This document shows, one piece after another, positions 20,672-32,730 of a DNA stretch of 64,000 nt. The translations under genes and the position numbers were made by a program. Source of the stretch: Vampirovibrionaceae bacterium NZW_1234 (GTDB lineage Bacteria > Cyanobacteriota > Vampirovibrionia > Vampirovibrionales > JAGQHJ01); assembly GCA_041697335.1 (NCBI GenBank), contig JBGUGD010000002.1, positions 180,399-244,398 on the forward strand, given 5' to 3'. The notes under the pieces were generated by a model. That model was not told the DNA's origin, did no database searches, and saw nothing but the letters and a program-made list of their open reading frames with translations. Each line of letters starts with the position of its first letter. The first letter of the stretch is position 1.

Positions 20672-20878
20672 ATGAAAATTGTCGTAAACGGTATTGAATA
20701 TGAGTGCATGGAGGCGGCACGCATCAAAATACTGCAGACCATGCGAAAAAAACGTTTAAGTCGCGCTAATCGTTCCGTCGAAGACATGCATAGCCATCGC
20801 GACGAAGATGGTAGCGTAAATTGGAGCTATGTTGCAGCGTTGTATTTGAATGCCTGTCTGGACTTGGAGACCCATTAG
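20672..20878 (+). CDS. Hypothetical protein (68 aa)
   Basis: AGGAG RBS before ATG. Confidence 0.65.
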   Translation: MKIVVNGIEYECMEAARIKILQTMRKKRLSRANRSVEDMHSHRDEDGSVNWSYVAALYLNACLDLETH

Positions 20879-21073
20879 GTGTGTCTTTTCAGGAATATCA
20901 GTTTTTTTGCCTAATGTAAAATTTATGAATTATTGAAATAGCCACCCTCGACTATGTTCCGGGTGGTTTTTCAATTTTATTGATGGGCTATAAAGCAATT
21001 TTGCATAAATGATTGTTTTTATTTTCTATATTTGTTTGTGTCGTATGTCACTTGGGAATTGAGGAGAAGTCGC

Positions 21074-21940
21074 ATGCTAGGCACGGTGTTTACACCCGGC
21101 AGCACGCTGAGCACGATATTAGACCCATTAGCCGCAAATGCGCCTTATTTACAAGGGTCGTCGTTGTTTGAAAAGACATTGCGCTCTCAATATAACGCGA
21201 TGGGCATTCCTGCAGCCTCGATTAACAATGCATTCGGGACAGTTGGGCTTGCAGAATCACCCTTTACTATGCCGCCGGCAACTCTATCTTCCATTCCTTT
21301 AGGAGGCGGTGGTGCTTCCACTGCTTTGGATGCATTAGTAAATATGGCGGCTCAACTTAAACAACAGGCCCCTGCAACAGCCCCGGCTCCTGCAAAGGCG
21401 GAAGAGCCAAAAATAGAGACATTACCACCAACTGAGGTAAAGTCTCCTGCCGGAGCTGCTGCAAAAGCAACAGTAGAAGCTGAGGACATTAAGGCTCCCG
21501 CTGGCAATGCCGATGATGAGAAAAAGCCGGAGTGGTCACAACCTCTGCCTACTGTGACACAGAAGGCTACTGTTGCTTCCCCACCGCCTGTGCAAAAGCG
21601 TGAGCAAAAGAAAAATGACGATGAAGAAAAGTATATGGGCTTCACGAAGAGTGACCTCCAGCGCTACATTATCTTGTCCAATATAGACCGTGACGATCGA
21701 CTGGGCTATATGTTGTCTTCGAAAATGAATACTAAACAGATTGAAACATACTTCAAATTGGCCAAAATGGATAAGGATGAACGGAAGCTCATTATGTTCA
21801 TGGCCGGTCTCTCCAAGGACGACGATAAGGACAAGAAGGTCGACAAGAAAGACAAGGATGACGATAAGGACAAGAAAGTCGACAAGAAAGACAAGGACGA
21901 CGATAAGGATAAGAAAGTCGACAAGAAAGACAAGGACTAA
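21074..21940 (+). CDS. Hypothetical protein with conserved N-terminal domain and Lys/Asp-repeat tail
   Basis: GAGGAG RBS; N-terminus nearly identical to the 22210 protein. Confidence 0.8.
   Translation: MLGTVFTPGSTLSTILDPLAANAPYLQGSSLFEKTLRSQYNAMGIPAASINNAFGTVGLAESPFTMPPATLSSIPLGGGGASTALDALVNMAAQLKQQAPATAPAPAKAEEPKIETLPPTEVKSPAGAAAKATVEAEDIKAPAGNADDEKKPEWSQPLPTVTQKATVASPPPVQKREQKKNDDEEKYMGFTKSDLQRYIILSNIDRDDRLGYMLSSKMNTKQIETYFKLAKMDKDERKLIMFMAGLSKDDDKDKKVDKKDKDDDKDKKVDKKDKDDDKDKKVDKKDKD
21815..21937 (+). repeat. 39-bp coding tandem repeat x3 (KDDDKDKKVDKKD)
   Basis: Units start at 21815, 21854 and 21893 and differ at synonymous positions. Confidence 0.9.
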
Positions 21941-22209
21941 TCCATTATCGTACTGGCCCAATCATCAAATACAGGTTTTACCTTCGATTTAACATTTGAC
22001 TCGGATGACCCAATTCCCGTCCAGTTAGTAGATGCGGCAAATCAAATCTTAAGGATTTGTTAACCCGCGCAATTCGGCAAATTTGGCTGTTTTTATTGTT
22101 TTATACTGGTTTGTTTAAATTTCCCGATGGGTGTCGGGATACCACTGACACCCCGTGAATCCCAAGCTTGAAGCAGGCTTGGGCGGACTTGGGAAAAAGG
22201 AGAAGTGAT

Positions 22210-22755
22210 ATGTTGACGACGGTGTTCACGCCCGGTTCGACTCTGAGTACGATATTGGATCCCTTGCCCGCAAATGCGCCTTATTTGCAAGGGTCGTCGT
22301 TGTTTGAAAAGACGTTGCGGTCTCAATATAATGCGATGGGAGTTTCCCCGGCCACAGTGGATTCGGCCTTTGGTACACCCAATTTTTGGGCTACACCCTT
22401 GTCGGCAGCTCCAGTGGCGTCATCGGGTTTTGTAACATCACCCCCCTACAGTATGGATTTGATTTCACAAGCGGCTTGGTTGAGTTTATCGGATTCCACG
22501 GCCTCCTCCCCGGTCGCAGATTCGTCTTCAGCAAGCGCAACGGCGAGTACTTCTAACCAGACCACAGCACCTGCGGCTGAAGTGTCTGTGTCGTCTGTAA
22601 CGGATGCGGCTACCGAATTTATTCAATCTACGGCATCAGAAGTCCAATCTGCATCAAACGAAGGGCCCGGAACGAGAGGCAATGGCCTGAAATTAGGGCA
22701 CCATAAGCACGGCAATGGTGGTCCTCCAGGGCTTGCCCGTCGAGGAAATAATTAG
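22210..22755 (+). CDS. Paralog of the 21074 protein with Ser/Ala-rich linker and His/Gly tail
   Basis: AGGAG RBS; shares TVFTPGSTLSTILDPL.ANAPYLQGSSLFEKTLRSQYNAMG. Confidence 0.8.
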   Translation: MLTTVFTPGSTLSTILDPLPANAPYLQGSSLFEKTLRSQYNAMGVSPATVDSAFGTPNFWATPLSAAPVASSGFVTSPPYSMDLISQAAWLSLSDSTASSPVADSSSASATASTSNQTTAPAAEVSVSSVTDAATEFIQSTASEVQSASNEGPGTRGNGLKLGHHKHGNGGPPGLARRGNN

Positions 22756-22778
22756 GATTTTACGGTTTGAGTCAACAT

Positions 22779-22816
22779 AAATCCCCCGGCTTGTTATCAA
22801 GCCGGGGGATTGTTTT
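22779..22816. terminator. Bidirectional terminator
   Basis: aatcccccggcttg/caagccgggggatt stem between convergent genes. Confidence 0.85.
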
Positions 22817-22846
22817 AATGTTTGTTTTTTAGGGCAACGGTTTGTC

Positions 22847-26856
<4,010 letters not shown>

Positions 26857-27142
26857 AATACCCTCCTTAAGTGTATCTCGATGTGGTTATGTTCTGTTGA
26901 TATACCCCTGCTTGGATGTTGAATACTATATTGTTTTCTCTTGTTTACGATATGGGCTCAAGACGTGAATTCAATGACCCGGGTATGGCTATTTTGCAAA
27001 AGTCCCGGACCTGGCTCTCCTCCGATTAGATTAACAAAAGTTTACAAAGTCATCGGAACAGGGGATTACGGTCGTCGTGAAAATACGTATGATTGTTCCA
27101 TAATCAATCTCTACAGGCGCAGAGACCACGAGGAGGTTATTC

Positions 27143-27418
27143 ATGGGCTTAGCGGTCAAGCACGACCATCCCTTTTGGAATGTCAATAAACTGTCCCCAG
27201 AAGAAAAAGATACAGTTTCAACATCGATTACCCAAACCTGGACTGATCAAGCTGTTAAATGCTACTTGACCAACGCCGACTGTTCCAGCTGCTCCATTCC
27301 TCGGGGCAACTACTCCTTTACCTGTCAGATGTATAAAGTTGTCCCAGTGCTCTTGGAAAGCTTAGGCGAGCCTGAGCCCTCCCGAGTGGAAAAGCTGATG
27401 CCGTTTTTGTACGACTAA
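27143..27418 (+). CDS. Small four-Cys putative metal-binding protein
   Basis: GAGGAGG RBS; WT-x5-CY-x5-C-x2-C-x10-CQM. Confidence 0.8.
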   Translation: MGLAVKHDHPFWNVNKLSPEEKDTVSTSITQTWTDQAVKCYLTNADCSSCSIPRGNYSFTCQMYKVVPVLLESLGEPEPSRVEKLMPFLYD

Positions 27419-27507
27419 CCCTGCTAATAACAAGGTTTCCCCTTACAATTCTCCTTTATCGAACACATTATCTCAATCGTCAGAACAATTCATTCATTCG
27501 CTGTACC

Positions 27508-27538
27508 AACCGGAGGCATTTCTCCGGTTTTATTTTTT
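27508..27538 (+). terminator. Intrinsic terminator
   Basis: aaccggag/ctccggtt stem followed by a T-rich tail. Confidence 0.7.
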
Positions 27539-27584
27539 GCAAATGAATTCCGAGAGCTGGCTTTAAAGTGTCAGAGTTGGTTTT

Positions 27585-27914
27585 TTACTGCCCTTGAGCA
27601 GGTTTAGTCGTCGCGTGGTCAGACTGCTTTTTAATGGGGCAAGGTTTGTTGGATTTTGCGCGCTTGCAGCAGTCTTTTTTCTGATGATGCGGGCAAGTGC
27701 CTTGTTCCATTTTGCAGTGCTGGTGGTTGCCTTTCTTGTGGCTACGATGATGGGCACAGCAATCCTGTTTGGTTTGCTTGGTCTGGATGTTGGTTTGTGC
27801 CGTATCCTGGGCTAAAACGTCCGAGGGCATGGCACTGGCGAGAAAGCCCATTAAAAGGGCCGAGGCAAAAATATGCTTGAATCTAAGGTTTTTTAGTTCA
27901 GTGGATTTACGCAT
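27585..27914 (-). CDS. Secreted Cys/His/Lys-rich small protein
   Basis: GGAG RBS, signal peptide, CCAHH..HQHC..CPHH..CC..CP. Confidence 0.7.
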   Translation of the reverse strand: MRKSTELKNLRFKHIFASALLMGFLASAMPSDVLAQDTAQTNIQTKQTKQDCCAHHRSHKKGNHQHCKMEQGTCPHHQKKDCCKRAKSNKPCPIKKQSDHATTKPAQGQ

Positions 27915-28132
27915 GGGGTGGTTTCTCCAATTGATGTGCTGTGTTGAATTCAGCTGGTATTATAAATCATCTTTGTGACCGATTGTATGAAGGTTGGGTG
28001 AATATCAGCTCCAGATAAGGATATTGCGTGGTTTTGTAGGGCCATTTAACCCGACTGGCTTGATGACCCATACTTGATCCTGAGACAGAATCCGTTATGA
28101 TAGAAACAGGCATATTTGCCTACCCACTCTAT

Positions 28133-28208
28133 GCGGGCGTAACTCAGTTGGTAGAGTACTTGCCTTCCAAGCAAGCTGTCGCGCGTTCGAGCCGCGTCGC
28201 CCGCTCCA
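28133..28208 (+). tRNA. tRNA-Gly (TCC)
   Basis: gcgggcg/cgcccgc acceptor stem, D-loop agttggta, anticodon arm cttgc-cttccaa-gcaag, TTCGA T-loop, encoded CCA. Confidence 0.97.
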
Positions 28209-28381
28209 TTTCTTCAAAATATAAAGCTGTTTTTCGTCACTGTTCACACCGCGTATTTACAGTGATTTTATGGTTGGATGAGCGATTACAGATTTAAATC
28301 CTGTTGACGTAGTTTTGTTGGGAACACTATTCAGTATCCACTTCTAGGCAATGAGCAAAGCCGATTGGTTTTTAGATTAGT

Positions 28382-29146
28382 GTGAATGCTATAACGACGA
28401 ATCAGCAATGGAATAATCCCTGGGCTGTGCCGTATGGGTACACGCGCTCATCAGTTCCAGCAACAAGTAACGCAGGCATCTCTTCTCAACTTTGGGCAGA
28501 AGTATTGCCGGGTATTCGAACTCGGCTGAATACCCGAGAAAAGGTAATCGCATTAACCTTCGATGCCTGCGGATCGAGTAATGATGGCTTTGATACACGG
28601 ATTATCAATTGTCTTTATCGCTATCAAATTCCAGCAACCCTCTTTATTTCAGGGCGTTGGATTGCTAAAAACCCGGGTTTATTTTACCAATTGGCCCAAA
28701 ACCCCTTATTTGAAATTGAAAATCATGGCGTGGAGCATAAACCGGCATCTGTAAGTGGCCGCTCCGCCTATGGTATTGCGGGAACTCGTAATGAATGGGA
28801 ATTGGCGTATGAGGTGGAACAGAATGCTCGTATAATCCAGAGTTATACTGGTAGAAGGCCCCGGTTTTATCGGTCCGGAACCGCATTTTACGATCCAGGA
28901 GCCGTGAATTTGATCTATCGCCTCGGGTTTCAGCCGGTTGGATTTAGTGTTTTAGGTGATGCGGGTGCAACCTATTCCCGGAGCCAAGTACGACAAGCTT
29001 TATTAAGTGCTGATGCCGGGGCCATTACGATTATGCATATGAATCATCCAGAGCGAGATGCAGGGAATGGTTTGGCTGATGCTCTACCGGAACTTTTGAG
29101 TCGAGGGTATCGTTTTGTAAAATTGGAAGATTACTCTTTGGCATGA
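28382..29146 (+). CDS. Polysaccharide deacetylase (NodB/CE4 family)
   Basis: ALTFDAC, ATLFISG.W, IENHGVEH, IMHMNHP. Confidence 0.88.
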   Translation: MNAITTNQQWNNPWAVPYGYTRSSVPATSNAGISSQLWAEVLPGIRTRLNTREKVIALTFDACGSSNDGFDTRIINCLYRYQIPATLFISGRWIAKNPGLFYQLAQNPLFEIENHGVEHKPASVSGRSAYGIAGTRNEWELAYEVEQNARIIQSYTGRRPRFYRSGTAFYDPGAVNLIYRLGFQPVGFSVLGDAGATYSRSQVRQALLSADAGAITIMHMNHPERDAGNGLADALPELLSRGYRFVKLEDYSLA

Positions 29147-29452
29147 GTGATAGATGGCTGCAACCAGAAATGAGACTCTTGCCGACAGAAAGGGAAGAAG
29201 TGGTTCTGTGAGTAAATAAAAAACGAAGGGGGAACGAACAGATATTTTAAATTGAATGGATAATCATAATCACGTGATTTTGCTTGTCTTAGCGAGTGAT
29301 CTTCCAAGCAGGCTATAGTGGTTGTAACAGCGTTGCCTGCGCTCCGTTTTAAAAATAATACAAGAACATCTGTTTTGAGCAATTAGCGATCTTGAGTGCA
29401 TTTATTCTCTCAATGTTATTGCTCAACCGATCCGTGAGATTTCCAGTTTGCC

Positions 29453-30088
29453 ATGCCGTTCTTAATCCATTCCGGGATGATGTTAAAGCCGTCTTTCAGG
29501 TCTTTCTATGCCATACGCTTTTGTGCAGAACGGCCATCTAATTCACCTGTGAACCAGAATATCGATATAAATAATCCCAGCGATCTGGCAAAAGCTATGG
29601 TTGAGCAACGTGATGCTTTGTTGCGTTACCTGGCGATGCGACGGGTGCCTGAACACATTCGGGAAGACTGTTTTCATGAGGGAGTGTGCCACGTGCTTGA
29701 GGGAAGTTATCGCTATGATGAAAAAGAGACTCTGCAAAAATTCTTCCAGCGAGCGGTTTTTCGTGTCTGGGATCGGACTCGAAAAAGAAATTCTCGCCAC
29801 TACACAGCTCCTTTGGGCGAGATGCAAAAGATATTAAGGTCTTCCGAGGATTCACCCCAGGAACGAGCAATGATGGCGGAGACAGAGAAAGCCATTGTTG
29901 CCAAGATAAACGCCTTGCCCAAACTGGTTGCGCTGGCTTTTGCCTATCACCAGCAAGGGGACTTTACAGTGAAGCAAATTGCCGAACGCCTGGGTATTTC
30001 TGTGCAGACCTATTATCGAAACATTCGGGAGCCTTTAGAAAACCTCCAGGATGAGATCACCCGAAATCTGTTACGAGTGCCATCCTGA
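29453..30088 (+). CDS. Divergent ECF-type sigma-70 factor with RF leader
   Basis: Region-2-like LLRYLAMR..EDCFHE; region-4 HTH INALP..TVKQIAERLGISVQT. Confidence 0.75.
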   Translation: MPFLIHSGMMLKPSFRSFYAIRFCAERPSNSPVNQNIDINNPSDLAKAMVEQRDALLRYLAMRRVPEHIREDCFHEGVCHVLEGSYRYDEKETLQKFFQRAVFRVWDRTRKRNSRHYTAPLGEMQKILRSSEDSPQERAMMAETEKAIVAKINALPKLVALAFAYHQQGDFTVKQIAERLGISVQTYYRNIREPLENLQDEITRNLLRVPS

Positions 30089-30238
30089 ATCCCTTTGTGA
30101 AAAATGAAGCCCTTGTCAGGTAAGTTGTTCAAGCCCTCTCCCGATTGAAAAAATTAGCAGGGTATCCAATAGACGAAACTCGTTTTCAGCATCATTGTGG
30201 AAGTGATGAGGTCATTTAAAGGTGAGACGTGAGTCAGG

Positions 30239-30694
30239 ATGAGAAAGAGAAGGAAGATGGTACGCATGAAACATTGGATTATGGCCGTGGTGCTGTTTGC
30301 GGGGTTCGTTGTTTTTAATGCTCTTCCTCAAGCCGATGCGGCCAATATGTGTGTGGACCGTTATGGTCGGATTGTGAAAAGCACAGCCGCAGGGGCGGGT
30401 ATTGGTGCTGTAGCTGGCGCCATTAGCGGAGAAAGTTCTGCATTGAAAGGGGGCCTTGTTGGAGCTGGGACCGGGGCTGTCGTCGGTGCTCTGGATCGGA
30501 GTGATACGTTACGGGATAATCCTTTGGCCCGTCGGGCTGCCTCTGGTGCAGCACTGGGTGTTGGGACAAGCCTGATTACGGGATCCAATCTCATTAAAAG
30601 CGGTCTTGTTGGGGCTGGTGCCGGTGCGGTGTATCATTATGGGAAATCCCGCCTCACCGATGATTTCGGCCGTCCCATTCCCAATTGTCGTTAA
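30239..30694 (+). CDS. Secreted glycine-zipper protein
   Basis: Signal peptide ending ADA; repeated GAGIGAVAG/GAGTGAVVG; start may be 30257 or 30266. Confidence 0.8.
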   Translation: MRKRRKMVRMKHWIMAVVLFAGFVVFNALPQADAANMCVDRYGRIVKSTAAGAGIGAVAGAISGESSALKGGLVGAGTGAVVGALDRSDTLRDNPLARRAASGAALGVGTSLITGSNLIKSGLVGAGAGAVYHYGKSRLTDDFGRPIPNCR

Positions 30695-30749
30695 TTGAGT
30701 TAGTCACTTACGTTATAGGCAAATGTAACGGATGTAAATGTGAAGTGTG

Positions 30750-31058
30750 TTATCTGGAGCGCCGTGTATTTCGGCTCTCGGGGCCATTTTTTGAAGCACT
30801 TCGGGCAAGATAGGCTGCTATGTCTGCTCCGGTATGGATGTTCATTCCACCATCAGGTAAAGGCTCACAGTGGTAATCGGACATCACTTCCGGATCGCCG
30901 GTGATTTCAAGGAGAGTTTGTTTCATTTTTGCTCTAACGGCCGCCTCTCCTTGAACTTGGCGACAGGCTTGTGCCACTTGACGAAACTGGAGGTCGGTAA
31001 TTTTTGTGGTCGCACTGAAACGAAGCGAACCGATAGAAAAGCCACTGCGAATTTGCAT
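30750..31058 (-). CDS. Small hypothetical protein with RF leader
   Basis: AGGAG RBS; MQIRSGFSIGSLRFSA. Confidence 0.7.
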   Translation of the reverse strand: MQIRSGFSIGSLRFSATTKITDLQFRQVAQACRQVQGEAAVRAKMKQTLLEITGDPEVMSDYHCEPLPDGGMNIHTGADIAAYLARSASKNGPESRNTRRSR

Positions 31059-31229
31059 GGGAATAATCTCCTGATGAGGGTGTTGAAGAGGATAACGTCT
31101 CTCAATGTTAGGAATTGCTTAAATGGGTGTTGATGCATTTCTGCTGATGACACTAAAAAACTAAAAAAATTCTTATCTCTAGCATGGAATTTTAATTGCT
31201 TGTTTTTATATAACTGAACGATAGAGAAT

Positions 31230-31881
31230 ATTCATCATAGGCCATTTTAGGTTGTTGTTGATAGTTCATGAGTGACTGGCGATATAGTGTAATTTTGGAA
31301 TGAGAACCTGGCTTGGGTTGCAGTTCTAGGTTGCATTGCGACTAACCTTCTAACACTAAAAACATTCGCGTCAAGATGAGCGGTATTGGATTGATGCGGT
31401 TTGTGTTTTAGCCTGCTGTTTCTTGACACGCAGGGCGCTCATGGCCCAAAGTCTGTCTTCGTATATTCAGACTAACGTCTTAAATTGGCCGGAATATGCC
31501 ATAGGAATATTGTTGGAGGTACATCTATGGGATTCCGTGAGGTCGGGTACGCATCAAAAAAATGGATTTTATTGAAAAGGAGATTTGTTTCTCAAAGTGT
31601 CTTTTTAACGGCTTTATCTTTCTTGGTGGATCCTCGCTTAATAGTGTCTAGAAAGGCTATCAAGACACAACAGACTTTTTATCAAAGAGCAAGTTTGCGT
31701 ATGGATGAGGTGGCTCGGGAGGTATGGGAGGCAGAGTGCGGCTATGTGGCTTGGCATCTGTATGTCTGTGCAGATGCAATGAAACGAGCAGCGTCTGCCC
31801 CCCATAAATTTCACATGATGTAACCAGATCCTGTCTACGATCCGTGATATGCCTCCTGTTTCCGAACGGAGGCTTTTTTTT
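31230..31881 (+). ncRNA. Candidate large structured RNA
   Basis: Upstream module at 31161-31211, several nested stems, strong terminator; 5' end estimated. Confidence 0.35.
31851..31881 (+). terminator. Intrinsic terminator
   Basis: gcctcc.../...ggaggc stem followed by T8. Confidence 0.85.
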
Positions 31882-32128
31882 GCTCGAGTTTTTGCCTAAA
31901 ATTTCTGGGTTTTAAACAATCCTAAAGAAAATCTTAAGGCCATCACAAAGAAGAAAATTTTTGTTTTTATATCTACATCTGTTGTTGAGGTGATAGGCTA
32001 CTGATACTTTTTGCACGAAAGGTGACCTGATCATCTTGAATACGGATCTGATATGAGTTGAACGGCAACCATCACGGTTTGGACTCGTGATGAGCCCTGG
32101 TAAAAAGGCTATTTTGGGAGGTACTCTG

Positions 32129-32527
32129 GTGGTGAATGGTATTCAGCGCTCTCCGGTCTCCGGAAATCCAGCGGCATTTGGGTTTAATGTGGCAGATAGA
32201 AAAGCAGACAGCTATTTGAATTCGTATGGCTTAACGGGGCAATTTGCACCGCCCGGGTTGGACCTGCAACCGTTTAGTGGTCGTATCGATCGCTCTCCTG
32301 CGGGTCGAGGGGCCTCGAATCGTGGTTTTGCCACGGCGGATAACAAAGCCGCAGGTTACCTGGATTCCTATGGGTTGACGGGAAATAATGTCCCGCCGGG
32401 TTTGGATTTAGCCCCTTTCAGCGGTCGTGTTCCCCGATCGCCCTTAGGCACCAACGTCAATAACCAGGGCTTTCAGTTGGCCGATAATAAGGCCGGTAAT
32501 TACCTGGCTTCCTACGGTTTGGCTTAA
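32129..32527 (+). CDS. Small protein made of ~2.6 copies of a 48-aa repeat
   Basis: GGAGG RBS 7 nt before GTG; RSP..GF..AD.KA..YL.SYGL occurs three times. Confidence 0.85.
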   Translation: MVNGIQRSPVSGNPAAFGFNVADRKADSYLNSYGLTGQFAPPGLDLQPFSGRIDRSPAGRGASNRGFATADNKAAGYLDSYGLTGNNVPPGLDLAPFSGRVPRSPLGTNVNNQGFQLADNKAGNYLASYGLA

Positions 32528-32730
32528 TTCAATTCGGGTATTCCATAAGCCATTATCGTCATCCAAACTAGGTGTTGCCGTTGGAGTGACGAAATGTAAC
32601 ATGGTATAACTTTTTATTTTAAAAATAATTCTAATTTGCAAGGTTTTTGTGCTACCATCCCTGCTTGCGATGAATTCGTATCCATAACGAATTCATCAGC
32701 ATCGTGATTGGGTTGATATCGTAAAGCAGG

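Noticed and set aside
21815..21937. Regular repeat as a CRISPR array
   Set aside because: Contiguous in-frame coding repeat with no spacers and no cas genes.
28097..28297. 66-aa ORF, and tRNA-Gly as an integration site
   Set aside because: The ORF is a shadow of the tRNA; no integrase or duplicated tRNA 3' end was seen.
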